DNA of 64,000 nt from Bacteroidota bacterium (GCA_947492885.1 CANLPK010000005.1:41-64040), one strand, 5' to 3'. Positions 37,911-48,854 are shown, numbered from the stretch's first letter. Numbers and translations are program-made. The notes: a model not told the origin generated them from the letters alone.

Positions 37911-39377
37911 ATGAAAAAATTTCAATTACTTGCCTTGGCCATGCTTTCTGTTTTCGCGTTGAACGCGGGAATTAATCAACAAACTCCTAATTATAATATA
38001 GAAGATAAAATCCATAAGGAGACTACAGAAGCCGTTATCCAGGGCGATAAAGTAGATTCGAAAACAATGGAGGCTATTGCATCTCCGCTTGCAATCAATG
38101 AATTAAACACCCCTAGTGAAGCTCAATCTTATCCTTGGATAAGCAATGATGGTCTTAGTTTATATTATACCCACGATCGTTCGATTTATGTTGCCACCCG
38201 AACTAAGGATGAGGAACACTTTGGGAAGGGGATTACAATCTTCCCTAATTTCAAGGAAACAGCGATCTCTGGATGGCTTACCTCCGATGAGCTCACCATT
38301 TACGTGGCTTCTCAGAATAGCAAATTGTACAAAGCAATCCGCAAATCAAAAACTGAAAACTTCGATCAAATGGAGGAAATAACACTGGTGAATGCTCCCG
38401 CAGGTAGTTTGTTCGATGCTAGCTTTACACCCGATATGACCGAGTTGTATCTATATAATAATGATAACCGGGAGCGTATTGTTAAGTTCGTTCTATCAGG
38501 AAATAACCAATATACTTTTGATAATGAACTAAATGTTCTTTCGGATAAGACGCCTACTGGAGGGCAGCTCTCCAAAGATGGCCTGCGATTCTATGTCCCG
38601 TTAAAGGGTACTACCGAAACTGGTGACGATTTTCGTGTTGTGTATTATTTATCACGCCCATCATTAAATGAAAACTTTAATGCCATCACCATGGTGAAGA
38701 CCGAAGTGCCTGTTGATGTTACAGCCTATCAGCCATGCGTTACCTCCGATGGAACCAAAATGGTTTTTGTTACTGGCGCTGATAATTTATGGGATCATAA
38801 CGATTTATGCATGGTGAATTTAGTTGAAGAAATGCCTCAAGTTGTTTGTGTAATTGTACCTGCTGAACCTGTTGAAACCCTTGTACAAAAAGAATATACG
38901 TCATTCTATGTTGAAGAAATAGGCGATGTAAATTCGGGTAATACTGCAGTGTTTATTTCGAGCACCAATAATTCAACCATATACGATTATACTGGTAACA
39001 CCACGCCTCCTGATGGATATGTGTTGATTAGCCAATCGACCACCACAGTAGCGCCAGTAAATAATCCGGTAGTTGTTGAGAATACTAATAGTACTCGTGT
39101 AGGATTAGTGATGCCTGAAATGCGTATCGCTCCCAATCCTTTTAGTGAAGCAACACAAATAGAAATAGTGGCTCCCGAAGGTGGATACATGACAGTGGGT
39201 GTTTATACTATGGATGGACAATTGGCAGCAGTGCTCTATGATGGGCAAGCGGAAAAAGGAATCAATATTATAAAATGGGTGAAGAATGGCTTGAGTGGAG
39301 GTGTATATACCGTGAAGGCGGTTATCGGATCGAGAGTCATTACCAAAAAAGTAATTACTTGTGATGGAACTAATTAG
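37911..39377 (+). CDS. Secreted protein with PD40/TolB-like beta-propeller repeats and a T9SS C-terminal sorting domain
   Basis: Signal peptide. Repeated S.DG..LYY / T.DM.ELYL / S.DGLRFYV / TSDGTKMVFV motifs. C-terminal tail RIAPNPFSEATQIEI...GGVYTVKAVIG. Confidence 0.65.
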   Translation: MKKFQLLALAMLSVFALNAGINQQTPNYNIEDKIHKETTEAVIQGDKVDSKTMEAIASPLAINELNTPSEAQSYPWISNDGLSLYYTHDRSIYVATRTKDEEHFGKGITIFPNFKETAISGWLTSDELTIYVASQNSKLYKAIRKSKTENFDQMEEITLVNAPAGSLFDASFTPDMTELYLYNNDNRERIVKFVLSGNNQYTFDNELNVLSDKTPTGGQLSKDGLRFYVPLKGTTETGDDFRVVYYLSRPSLNENFNAITMVKTEVPVDVTAYQPCVTSDGTKMVFVTGADNLWDHNDLCMVNLVEEMPQVVCVIVPAEPVETLVQKEYTSFYVEEIGDVNSGNTAVFISSTNNSTIYDYTGNTTPPDGYVLISQSTTTVAPVNNPVVVENTNSTRVGLVMPEMRIAPNPFSEATQIEIVAPEGGYMTVGVYTMDGQLAAVLYDGQAEKGINIIKWVKNGLSGGVYTVKAVIGSRVITKKVITCDGTN

Positions 39378-39400
39378 GGTTTATTTAGGTTAGTATTTCA

Positions 39401-39438
39401 AAAGCCCTGTTACAGATAATGTAACAGGGCTTTTTTTG
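39401..39438 (+). terminator. Rho-independent terminator
   Basis: aaagccctgttac-agataat-gtaacagggcttt followed by ttttt. Confidence 0.85.
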
Positions 39439-39537
39439 CGCTGATATTTTAATTTCTCTTAAAAATTGGGCAGAAAAACTTTTTTAGCTTTTCAATTACA
39501 AACGATTATCTTGCCCCAAATTAACTCATCCTAGGAT

Positions 39538-42042
39538 ATGAAAAAATTAATCATCATTGTTAGTCTATTAGCAATTTTCGCTATTTCAATTCAGGCACAA
39601 TCACCCATACAAACAGTTAAAGGCAGGGTAATAGAGAAGGAATCGAAAGCGCCCATCATCGGTGCAGTGGTAGTGGTTCTGCAAAATGGTATTCCAAGCG
39701 CTTTGGGTTGCATCACCGATATGGATGGCTATTTTAAAATTTTAAAAGTGCCAGTCGGCAAACATGATATCTTGGTTAAGCTGCTCGGTTTTGAAACTAT
39801 ATCACTTCATGATATCGTGGTAGGTAGTGGGAAGGAAGTGATTTTGAATGTAGAGATGGAAGAGAGCGTTAATAAAATTGAGGAGGTGGAAGTAAAAGGA
39901 TCGACCCAAGGTGTAGTAAGAAATGAGCTCGCCACCGTGAGTGCTCGAACATTTGATATTGCCGAAACCGAAAGATATGCGGGGAGCAGGCAAGACCCGG
40001 CACGTATGGCTTCGAACTTTGCTGGTGCCCAAGGCACCAATGATACCCGTAACGATATCGTGATTCGTGGCAATTCGCCTTTGGGTGTGGTTTGGCGGTT
40101 GGATGATGCCACCATCCCGAATCCCAATCATTTCGCCATTGCAGGAACTACTGGAGGTCCGGTGAGTATCTTGAATAATAAAACTATTGGCAATTCCGAT
40201 TTCCTTACTGGAGCATTTCCTGCGGAATACGGAAATGGCATCGCTGCTGTTTTTGATTTGAAAATGCGCAATGGGAATCAAGAAAAATATGAAGGCACTT
40301 TTCAACTCGGATTTTTAGGAACAGAGATGGCGCTAGAAGGCCCCATTAATAAGATGAAAAGATCATCATTCGCAGCCACCTATCGCTATTCGACATTGAA
40401 ACTTTTTGAAGGATTTAATATTAAACTAGGAACCGATGCCATCCCAAGTTACCAGGATTATTCGTTTCGATTGAACTTCCCATTGAATAAAAAAAGTAGT
40501 ATTGCATTTTGGGGAATAGGAGGATCAAGCAATATAGATATTGTTTTCAGTAATATTTTAAACACGGCAGAGAAGAATAGCGATAAATACGGATTGAATG
40601 ATCGTGACCAATTATTTAGAACCGACATGAACACATTCGCTTCTTCATTTAGTCACACGATTAATTCACATACATTTCTGAAGTTGGTTGTATCGTATTC
40701 CACTCAAAAGAATTCGGCAATTCATCTGCTTACGCTGCGCGATAGCGCTACCAATAAATTGGCCGATTATACTTCATTGGGGTATCGTTTCATAACGAGT
40801 ATTGCTGGCTTTAATGGTTTTGTAAATCACAAATTCTCTACACGCTTTTCAATGAAGGCGGGGTTCACATTCGATTATTTTAGCTATGATATGCTCGATA
40901 CAAGTATCAATGAACAGAAGTTAAAGAGCACCTTTTACCCCGTATTACCCAATGGCAGGTATAATTTAGGAGGCCCATTTAATTATCAGCCCGACATCGA
41001 ATACAATTTGAAATACAATACCAAAACAAGTGCATTCCTTATTCAGCCATATGCGCAATTGAAATATAAATTCACCGACGATTTCTTTGTCACCGGAGGC
41101 TTGCATCTGCAATACTATTCACTCAATGGAGATTTTGCTATTGAACCACGTGCCGGACTTTCTTATAAAACAGGTAAGAATAGTAACTTGAGCTTTGGTA
41201 CAGGAATGCATAGTCAAACACTTCCGTACTATATGTTTTTCTATCGATTACCTGGGTCGCCCAATGAAGAGAAGTTTACAAAGGTGGGTAATATCAGAAG
41301 TTTTCAAAATGTAATTGGATATGATCAATCACTAGGAAGTCATACACGATTAAAAATAGAAACCTATTATCAATATCTCTACAATGTTCCTGTATTAGTT
41401 ACTCCTTCAAGCTTTTCGATGGTTAATCAAGGAAGTGGTTTCTCTCGTATTTTTCCTGATACCACCATGAAAAACACAGGCACTGGAGCGAATAAGGGTA
41501 TAGAACTCACACTGGAACGTTTCTTCTTTCGCAATTATTATGTGATGAGTACACTTTCATTATACGATAGCAAATACAAAGGAAGTGATGGTAAAACATA
41601 CAACAGTGATTTCAATGGCAACTATGCATTTAATTTATTGGGAGGCTATGAACTATTGTTGAATCCGAATAAAGCAGGCAATAAACAAACCCTAGTTTTG
41701 GGTGGTAAATTTACTTATGGAGGTGGTAAGAGATACTCTCCAGCCGATACGCTGCTCACCATACAGAGAGCGGAGTATACTCCTGCCAATGAAGGCCGAA
41801 ACACCTTGCAGTTCAAGCCTTATTTGCGATTCGATTTGAAATTAGGATATAAAATAAATACTAAAAAGGTAACGCATGAAATTGCTATTGATTTGGTAAA
41901 TGTGTTGAATATTCAAAACTATTTAACCATGAGTTATAGCATGGATCCTAAAACAAGTGATCTGATTTTATTCCCACAAACGCAATTGGGCCGACTCACC
42001 TTATTCTATTACAAGATTGAATTTGGTTTTGTGAAAAAATAG
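39538..42042 (+). CDS. TonB-dependent receptor-like outer-membrane protein with an N-terminal carboxypeptidase-regulatory-like domain
   Basis: Signal peptide. CarbopepD_reg-like segment VKGRVIEKESKAPIIGAVVVV...TDMDGYFKI. Plug-like segment RNDIVIRGNSPLGVVWRLDD. Long beta-rich barrel ending in an aromatic-rich C-terminus. Confidence 0.75.
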   Translation: MKKLIIIVSLLAIFAISIQAQSPIQTVKGRVIEKESKAPIIGAVVVVLQNGIPSALGCITDMDGYFKILKVPVGKHDILVKLLGFETISLHDIVVGSGKEVILNVEMEESVNKIEEVEVKGSTQGVVRNELATVSARTFDIAETERYAGSRQDPARMASNFAGAQGTNDTRNDIVIRGNSPLGVVWRLDDATIPNPNHFAIAGTTGGPVSILNNKTIGNSDFLTGAFPAEYGNGIAAVFDLKMRNGNQEKYEGTFQLGFLGTEMALEGPINKMKRSSFAATYRYSTLKLFEGFNIKLGTDAIPSYQDYSFRLNFPLNKKSSIAFWGIGGSSNIDIVFSNILNTAEKNSDKYGLNDRDQLFRTDMNTFASSFSHTINSHTFLKLVVSYSTQKNSAIHLLTLRDSATNKLADYTSLGYRFITSIAGFNGFVNHKFSTRFSMKAGFTFDYFSYDMLDTSINEQKLKSTFYPVLPNGRYNLGGPFNYQPDIEYNLKYNTKTSAFLIQPYAQLKYKFTDDFFVTGGLHLQYYSLNGDFAIEPRAGLSYKTGKNSNLSFGTGMHSQTLPYYMFFYRLPGSPNEEKFTKVGNIRSFQNVIGYDQSLGSHTRLKIETYYQYLYNVPVLVTPSSFSMVNQGSGFSRIFPDTTMKNTGTGANKGIELTLERFFFRNYYVMSTLSLYDSKYKGSDGKTYNSDFNGNYAFNLLGGYELLLNPNKAGNKQTLVLGGKFTYGGGKRYSPADTLLTIQRAEYTPANEGRNTLQFKPYLRFDLKLGYKINTKKVTHEIAIDLVNVLNIQNYLTMSYSMDPKTSDLILFPQTQLGRLTLFYYKIEFGFVKK

Positions 42043-42046
42043 AGTG

Positions 42047-42520
42047 CTAATTATAGTACTCCGAATGATGTTTGTGAGAATCAATAATTAGCTTCTCACT
42101 CCATAAATTATTGGAGAGCTCGAACACCGCAACATCAGAGGGTTTTAGTTCGATTAGTTTATGGCTAAGATAGGTAGCCAAATTGGAAACGGCTGGATTA
42201 TGCCCTACCACCATCAATACTTTTGTGCGAGGCTTTGCTTGGTGAATATGGCTTAATAATGCATTCGCGTCGGCATGATAGAGTGCTTCATCGAGTAGCA
42301 ACTCGCCACCACAAATTTCTTTCACTAAAGTTGCGGTATGTACTGTACGCTTAGCGGCACTGCATAGAATTTCATCAACCACCGAATATTTTTTACGGAG
42401 CCATAAACCCATGGCAGCAGCATCTTTCAAGCCTTTATAAATGAGTTCGCGGTCGTAGTCGCGCTGATTTGCTTTGCCTTCCTCTGTTTTGGCATGACGC
42501 ATGATGATGAGTGTCTTCAT
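42047..42520 (-). CDS. Histidine-phosphatase-family protein (SixA-like)
   Basis: MKTLIIMRHAKTE (RHA catalytic motif) and VVGHNP motif. The start overlaps the upstream stop (ATGA). Confidence 0.8.
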   Translation of the reverse strand: MKTLIIMRHAKTEEGKANQRDYDRELIYKGLKDAAAMGLWLRKKYSVVDEILCSAAKRTVHTATLVKEICGGELLLDEALYHADANALLSHIHQAKPRTKVLMVVGHNPAVSNLATYLSHKLIELKPSDVAVFELSNNLWSEKLIIDSHKHHSEYYN

Positions 42521-42918
42521 TTTTTCCAAGTATGATAAGCAAATAAAACCCAAGCACTAATTAATGAAGCGCCACCTAAAGGAGTGATGGCTCCAAGCCA
42601 TTTCAAAGGATTATTGGCCTGCATACTACCTATAACGATGCCGTATAAGGTAAGTGTAAAAATGCTAATGCCAATAAGGAATAGTGTATAAATATATTTT
42701 GGCAATGGCTTGTGCTGGATGGTTAACCCCAAGAGAATGAATGCGATGGCATGGTACATTTGATACCTCACAGCGGTTTCAAAAACTTCCATATAATGAA
42801 CCTCTAGGAGCGGGCGAAGCATATGTGTTCCGAAAGCACCTAAGGCCACCGAAAGCGCACCAAGAATGGCTCCTGTGACAATGCTTAATTGTGTGTATGA
42901 ATTCATAATAATAGACAA
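42517..42918 (-). CDS. DUF423-family small membrane protein
   Basis: Four-TM protein with GAFGTH and YQMYHA motifs. Confidence 0.7.
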   Translation of the reverse strand: MSIIMNSYTQLSIVTGAILGALSVALGAFGTHMLRPLLEVHYMEVFETAVRYQMYHAIAFILLGLTIQHKPLPKYIYTLFLIGISIFTLTLYGIVIGSMQANNPLKWLGAITPLGGASLISAWVLFAYHTWKK

Positions 42919-42994
42919 CTAGCGTTAACGTGATTGAAGGTGTGAATTAACTATAAAATTCGGTTTTAATAATCAAGTATTTTTGTTTTTCTTT

Positions 42995-45496
42995 ATGAAG
43001 ATCAATAAAAAGCTGGTTTTGATTGGCATCGGTATCCTGATCCTGCTGACAGGTGCTGTTATAGGCTTTCGTTGGTACAAATTCCATAATGCCATTAAAT
43101 ACGCTATTGCCCAAGGCGCTATTGTGGCAATTACAGGCAATGATTATGAAACAACCTTAAAAAAACTACATAATCTACCTTTGGTTGATGCTATTGAAAA
43201 TGATGGCGAGATTGCCTTACTAGCCGATAATGATATTCTAAAACTGGAAATCACCCATTCGCCAATATTCAAAAGTTTAATAAAAAACAAGCGTCATATT
43301 TTAAGTTTTAGGGCGGGGGCAAATTCGCAATTACAGTCGCTGCTAGCGGTTGAAGCAAGAAATGATACTTACGACAGCCTATTGCAGCAGGTTTTTGATG
43401 AAGGCTATTCAAAGGCCAATTACAACTCACCCTCAGGAGAGATCATTGAAATATACAATGCATCGAAACAAAAGGAGTTGGTGGTAAGCTATGCCCTTGG
43501 CGTCTTGGTGATTTCCAACGAAGCATTATTTGCTGAAGAAACATTAAAGAATATACGTAGTCATTCAAAAGTTTTCGAACAGGCCAGCCTAAATTTCAAT
43601 GAGAATATCCTGTATGTGAAACAAGTGAATATGCAGCAATGGGTTGAGAATTTCACTACCAACCATACTTCCGAATTCTATCAATGGTTTGAGAATATTG
43701 ATGAATGTGAAGTGAAATTGAATGATGAAGGTTCGTTGGCCGACATGCATTTTTATTATTCGAAAAATGCAATGACATTTAAGCCAGCCAAAGTGATGTC
43801 GCCCTTTAACTATGAAACTTGGCTTCAAAATATCACCCCTAATTTTATTGCCTTTCATCCCGATACGAGCAATTCGGAAGTGAAGCTGAAAGAACTCTAT
43901 CGTTGTTATGCCAATATGCAGGACGAGAATATTTCCGACAATACCTTTATCATCGGGAATACCCTAGTTGACTCTACAACGTTACTATCGATCTTTTCAA
44001 AGCACTCTTTAGAGCAGTCGTATGTTTTAAATAAACACAAGGTATTTAAGTTTGGAAAATATCCATTCTTCCGAAACTTTTGTAATGCCGCCACCCCCGA
44101 TTTGCCTGAAAGCTATATTTCTTTAATTGGTCCGAATCTTTTTGTAGTTACGTCTTCAGTTTCATCAATGATACCGCTATTACAAAAAATGGATGCGTAT
44201 CCTTCAGAAATGAAAGAATCGACTTCCGCAATTTTTGTGATGCAAATTCAACCTCAGTATTTGCTTCCTTACTTTAGTCGTATTGTCAAAGACCAATATC
44301 GTGAGCGGGTTTTGCATAGTTCTTTTCTTCAAAACCTCGACTTTGTTCAATTGCGTTTTGATAGCCTGGGGCAGCATGTTGGCGTGGGCACCTTGCTTTT
44401 CTCCAAAAATGCAACCACCAATGCAAGCACCTCCGAGTTAATTTGGAGCAAAACATTAGATCAAGAAACGCATGAGATCACGCTTCTTCAAAATGTGAAA
44501 TCAAACACGAAATTCATATTTTATCAAGACGAGAAAAATGTATTACACTGTTTGGATTTTGGAGCACGCGAAGTATGGCAGAAATTTATTCTGGGTAAAA
44601 TTCAAAGTAAGATTTCGGTTATTGATATTTATCATGATGGAGGCACTCAGTACTTTTTCAATACACCCAATCAGATATATGCCTTGAATGAGAAAGGCGA
44701 TGATATTAAAAACTTCCCAAAGCAAATTAATACAGAAGGAATTGAAGGCATGTATTTGTTTGATATGGGCGATACCTATGAATACTTCATGGTGCAGGGC
44801 CGCTTAATTTATGGCTTTGAAGCTGCAGGAGCTTCGCTTGAAGACTGGAGGCCCAGAGAGTCGCCAATTAATATCGACTTTGAATTACTGCATTTTAAGA
44901 AACGAAACAAAAATTATATCGTAGGGATAAGTAATAGCGGAGAGGTGATTTTATGGAATCGATTTGGAAAACGTGTAGAACGTGATATTGATTTTAAAAA
45001 GGAAATAAGTACTAATTTTTTCATTACTGCCGAGCTCAATAAAAAATATCACCCCGAATTAATAAGTGTTGATACCAGTGGGTTGATATTTAGTTTTACC
45101 CTCGACTCACTTAAGAGAAAGGAATATAAAAAACGCTTAGTATCTAATAATACCGGGCATTTCATTGTCCAAACCACCGATACTAATTTTCAGAAAATCA
45201 TTTATCAGCACAAAGATAAATTGCTCTTCTTCGATCGCTATTCTCAAATGACCGATACCCTTTCGATGACGAAAAATTCTGAACTGCAAAATGTATTCGA
45301 TGTAAATGAGAAACATACCTTCATCGTTATTAGCGATGGAACTACAAGCAAGGTGATGGCTTCATCTCGCAAAATTGTAGCCGATAAAATTGAGGGGAAT
45401 ATCATCGGAATCGTGTCGGATGAAATCCCCAATCGTTACTTCATTATTACTTTTGATGAGTTAAAAAGGGTGAATTTATACAAGTTTTCAATGTGA
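42995..45496 (+). CDS. Large N-terminally anchored hypothetical protein (about 830 aa)
   Basis: Single N-terminal TM helix (KLVLIGIGILILLTGAVIGF). No catalytic motif recognised. The C-terminal half looks beta-rich and repeat-like. Confidence 0.5.
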   Translation: MKINKKLVLIGIGILILLTGAVIGFRWYKFHNAIKYAIAQGAIVAITGNDYETTLKKLHNLPLVDAIENDGEIALLADNDILKLEITHSPIFKSLIKNKRHILSFRAGANSQLQSLLAVEARNDTYDSLLQQVFDEGYSKANYNSPSGEIIEIYNASKQKELVVSYALGVLVISNEALFAEETLKNIRSHSKVFEQASLNFNENILYVKQVNMQQWVENFTTNHTSEFYQWFENIDECEVKLNDEGSLADMHFYYSKNAMTFKPAKVMSPFNYETWLQNITPNFIAFHPDTSNSEVKLKELYRCYANMQDENISDNTFIIGNTLVDSTTLLSIFSKHSLEQSYVLNKHKVFKFGKYPFFRNFCNAATPDLPESYISLIGPNLFVVTSSVSSMIPLLQKMDAYPSEMKESTSAIFVMQIQPQYLLPYFSRIVKDQYRERVLHSSFLQNLDFVQLRFDSLGQHVGVGTLLFSKNATTNASTSELIWSKTLDQETHEITLLQNVKSNTKFIFYQDEKNVLHCLDFGAREVWQKFILGKIQSKISVIDIYHDGGTQYFFNTPNQIYALNEKGDDIKNFPKQINTEGIEGMYLFDMGDTYEYFMVQGRLIYGFEAAGASLEDWRPRESPINIDFELLHFKKRNKNYIVGISNSGEVILWNRFGKRVERDIDFKKEISTNFFITAELNKKYHPELISVDTSGLIFSFTLDSLKRKEYKKRLVSNNTGHFIVQTTDTNFQKIIYQHKDKLLFFDRYSQMTDTLSMTKNSELQNVFDVNEKHTFIVISDGTTSKVMASSRKIVADKIEGNIIGIVSDEIPNRYFIITFDELKRVNLYKFSM

Positions 45497-45559
45497 TATT
45501 TGTTTTCCCACATCAATGCAGTTAAATTCGCTATTCCTACGTTTTAATTCAAAAAATTC

Positions 45560-47206
45560 ATGACGACCTTCAAAAAAATTGCAATCATCGCATCGGGTGT
45601 AATTATCGGACTGAGTGGCTCGGCTTTCATTGCCGACCAGTACTTTGAAATCAGCAAGAACCTGGATATTTTTTCAACTGCATATAAGGAAGTCAATACC
45701 TACTATGTAGACGAGGTTGAACCTGGAAAACTAATTCGTAGTGGAATTGATGGGATGTTGAATTCGCTTGACCCTTACACCAATTTTTATAGTGAAGCAG
45801 AGATTGAAGACGCCCGTTTCTTAACTACTGGCGAGTATGGCGGCATTGGAGCATCCGTTGCACAACATGGCGAATATGTGATGATCACAGAGCCCTATGA
45901 TGGCTCTCCTGCGCAACGTGAGGATTTGAGAAGCGGGGATATTATTTTGGAAGTGGATGGCAAGAGCACTCGTAACAAAGTGAGTGCAGATATCAGTAAG
46001 ATGTTGAAGGGACAAGCCGGAACAGAGATAACATTGAAGATTAAACGCGATGATGAAATCATCATTAAGAAATTAAAACGCGATGATATCAAATTGAAGA
46101 ATGTGCCGTTTTATGGAATGATAGGCGACGATATTGCTTATATCAAACAAACAGGATTTACTAACGATGCTGGAAAGGAAGTGCATGATGCCCTTGAAGA
46201 ATTAAAGAAAACCGGGAAAGTGAAAGGAATCATTTTGGATTTAAGAGGAAACCCCGGTGGCTTATTGCATGAGGCTGTAAATATTGTAAACTGCTTTGTT
46301 GATCGAGGTCAGCTGGTGGTGAATACAAGAGGTAAAGTGAAAGAATGGGATAAAGAATATCGCACTTTAAATGCTGGTCTCGACCTCGACTTGCCCTTGG
46401 CAGTGCTCACCAATAGAGGATCGGCTTCGGCTTCGGAGATTGTTGCGGGTACCATACAGGATCTGGATCGTGGGGTGATTATAGGGCAAAGAAGTTTTGG
46501 TAAAGGGCTTGTTCAAAATACCCGACCACTTACATACAATACCCAAATGAAAATTACCATCGCCAAATATTACACCCCGAGTGGGCGTTGTATTCAGGCA
46601 CTCGATTATACCCACCGTAACGAAGATGGTAGTGTAGGGAAGGTGCCCGACTCCTTAACTCATGAATTTAGAACCAAAGGCGGAAGGATTGTAAAAGATG
46701 GTGGCGGTATTAAGCCCGATGTGGAAGTAGATGCTCAGAAGTTGAGTACCATTGCTAAAAGTTTATACGATAAGAACATCATATTTGAGTATGCCAATAA
46801 ATACAGAAATACACACGCCACAATAGTTCCTACTGCCCAGTTTAAATTAACTGAAACAGATTGGCAGGATTTCATGAAATTCATAGCCAATAAGGATTAT
46901 CAATATACTACAGAGACAGAGCAAGAACTTGAGAAATTAAAAGCCAAGGCAGAGCAAGAGAAGTATTTTGATGCCATCAAAACGGATTATGATGACTTGA
47001 AGAAGAAACTATCTCACGACAAGAAAACTGACTTAGAAAGAGCCAAAGTAGAAATCAAAGAATTACTTGAATTGGAAATTACCAAAAGATATTATTTCCA
47101 GAAAGCATCTGTTGAGAGTACCTTCGACGACGATACCGATTTGAAAGCAGCCATAATCATCTTGCATGATGAAGCAAGATATAAGTCGCTTCTAAATGTG
47201 AAATAA
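45560..47206 (+). CDS. S41-family C-terminal processing peptidase
   Basis: PDZ region (GDIILEVDG), DLRGNPGG, RGSASASEIVAG (catalytic Ser) and SFGKGLVQ (catalytic Lys) motifs. Confidence 0.9.
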   Translation: MTTFKKIAIIASGVIIGLSGSAFIADQYFEISKNLDIFSTAYKEVNTYYVDEVEPGKLIRSGIDGMLNSLDPYTNFYSEAEIEDARFLTTGEYGGIGASVAQHGEYVMITEPYDGSPAQREDLRSGDIILEVDGKSTRNKVSADISKMLKGQAGTEITLKIKRDDEIIIKKLKRDDIKLKNVPFYGMIGDDIAYIKQTGFTNDAGKEVHDALEELKKTGKVKGIILDLRGNPGGLLHEAVNIVNCFVDRGQLVVNTRGKVKEWDKEYRTLNAGLDLDLPLAVLTNRGSASASEIVAGTIQDLDRGVIIGQRSFGKGLVQNTRPLTYNTQMKITIAKYYTPSGRCIQALDYTHRNEDGSVGKVPDSLTHEFRTKGGRIVKDGGGIKPDVEVDAQKLSTIAKSLYDKNIIFEYANKYRNTHATIVPTAQFKLTETDWQDFMKFIANKDYQYTTETEQELEKLKAKAEQEKYFDAIKTDYDDLKKKLSHDKKTDLERAKVEIKELLELEITKRYYFQKASVESTFDDDTDLKAAIIILHDEARYKSLLNVK

Positions 47207-47209
47207 ATA

Positions 47210-47246
47210 AAAAGCCCCGAAGGAAAATCCTTCGGGGCTTTTTTAT
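47210..47246. terminator. Bidirectional Rho-independent terminator
   Basis: aaaaagccccgaagga-aaa-tccttcggggctttttt lies between convergent genes. Confidence 0.85.
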
Positions 47247-47264
47247 AAGGTTGAATTTTCTGAA

Positions 47265-47789
47265 TTACTTGGCAATAGAAAACTGAGGGAAGCGAACTCT
47301 GATTTGTTCGAAGGCAGTGAAGAACAAAGCGCTATATCCTAAATCGCTAACTAATGATGTTCTGAAATAAGGAAGTGCTCCAACATAATTTGCAGTGAAT
47401 CCGCCTAAATCTTGAGTATAATATGGGCTTCCATACCAGCAAAAGAAATTGGTAACTACATAAAACAATACAGACGCTCCAAGGCTTGTAGCTAATACAC
47501 GCAATGGTTTTACATTATTGTTAAGTGCAAAACCCAACAAGATGATGAGCGCGTAAGCAAAATAAACGCTGATTAATTCTTTACCTCCACCGATAAAAAT
47601 ATCGCTCAAGGCCAGCACTGCAGTAGGAATAATGAATGCCATCCATTTGCGACTGAAATAAGCGCTACCTAGTAAACAAAGCGCTGTAACCGGGGCGAAA
47701 TTGGGTGGAAATACTTGTGCGACGCGCAAAGCAGCCACTAATACAATGATTCCAATGATGGAGAGAGATGCGTAATTTAATTTTTTCAT
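47265..47789 (-). CDS. DUF6580-like multi-TM putative transporter component
   Basis: Start at MKKLNYASL. About 5 TM helices. Family assignment is by recalled similarity. Confidence 0.5.
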   Translation of the reverse strand: MKKLNYASLSIIGIIVLVAALRVAQVFPPNFAPVTALCLLGSAYFSRKWMAFIIPTAVLALSDIFIGGGKELISVYFAYALIILLGFALNNNVKPLRVLATSLGASVLFYVVTNFFCWYGSPYYTQDLGGFTANYVGALPYFRTSLVSDLGYSALFFTAFEQIRVRFPQFSIAK

Positions 47790-47847
47790 ATACAGAGAGC
47801 GAAAATAATTGTTTGGGACGATAAAATAAAAAAGAATTGTGAAAAGC

Positions 47848-48765
47848 TTATACACCACTCATTTTAAAGAGGGCCCCTTCTTTAAGGGAATAGTCGGAGG
47901 CAAAGAGCTTCTCAATATGGAAAGCACGGAGTACATATTCGATAAGCATGAAACTCATTACAATCATCTCTCCACGGTAAGGTATGAGTCCTTTGAAATT
48001 CATGCGGTCGGCATGGGTCGACTTTAAAATGAGCTCATGAATCTTGTGATAATCGTCGATTGAAACGGGGCAACTGGTAGTAAAATGAAGCTTTTTATTG
48101 AAATTTTGTTCTATCATCTCCACCAAGCTTTCAAATGACCCAGCCGAGCCAATTAAGGTCTTCACCGGGAATTCATGAATGGCATTCTTTAAAGGAAGTA
48201 ACTCAAAATCAAGGTATTTGATTAGCGCCGATTGTTCCTCTTTTGAGATGGGGTCGGTGGTATGATACAGCTCCAGCAGGCGGGCTGCACCGAGTAAGAA
48301 GCTATGTTTCCAAAATATCTCCTCGTTATTGGCGATAATAAACTCAACACTACCTCCACCGATATCCATTACAAGCACCTTTTCGTTGGTGAGGGTTACA
48401 GTATGCTTCACTCCATAGAAAATGAGGTCGGCTTCTTCTTCACCAGTGATTACATTGATTTCAATGCCAGTTTGTTTTTTTACTTCGGCCACAAAATCAG
48501 GTCCGTTATCGGCGCCTCTTATTGCGGAAGTTGCGAAGGCAAAGACCTTTGAAATTTTATATTCGGTGATGACCTCCTGAAACTGTTGAAGCGCTTTCAA
48601 GCCCCTTTCAAAAGCCGGAGCGGTGATGGTTTTATTATTAATACCTCCTTCGCCCAGCTTAACAGGGATTTGGAGTTTGAAAACCTCTTGCACTTCCTTT
48701 GTACCGACAACTTTTGCCAGTAACAAATGAAAGGTGTTTGTTCCGAGATCTATTACGGCGTGCAA
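47848..48765 (-). CDS. Ppx/GppA-family phosphatase
   Basis: AVIDLGTNTFHLLLA and VMDIGGGSVEFI are the ASKHA phosphate-binding motifs. TTG start. Confidence 0.82.
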   Translation of the reverse strand: MHAVIDLGTNTFHLLLAKVVGTKEVQEVFKLQIPVKLGEGGINNKTITAPAFERGLKALQQFQEVITEYKISKVFAFATSAIRGADNGPDFVAEVKKQTGIEINVITGEEEADLIFYGVKHTVTLTNEKVLVMDIGGGSVEFIIANNEEIFWKHSFLLGAARLLELYHTTDPISKEEQSALIKYLDFELLPLKNAIHEFPVKTLIGSAGSFESLVEMIEQNFNKKLHFTTSCPVSIDDYHKIHELILKSTHADRMNFKGLIPYRGEMIVMSFMLIEYVLRAFHIEKLFASDYSLKEGALFKMSGV

Positions 48766-48854
48766 GGGCTATCGATTTTAAAGATGATGGTTGGTTACCA
48801 TAGATTAAGATCATTGCAAATGCAATAACCTTTGTCATGGGAAAAAGAAGCTAC

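Noticed and set aside
39802-40305. 167-aa and 106-aa minus-strand ORFs inside the TonB-dependent receptor gene. Similar internal antisense ORFs occur elsewhere in the ORF track, for example at 638-952, 1927-2154, 13530-13796, 58608-59000 and 62679-63038.
   Set aside because: All lie wholly within and antisense to (or out of frame with) genes that have strong family motifs. Their compositions are low-complexity or odd. They are treated as shadow ORFs.
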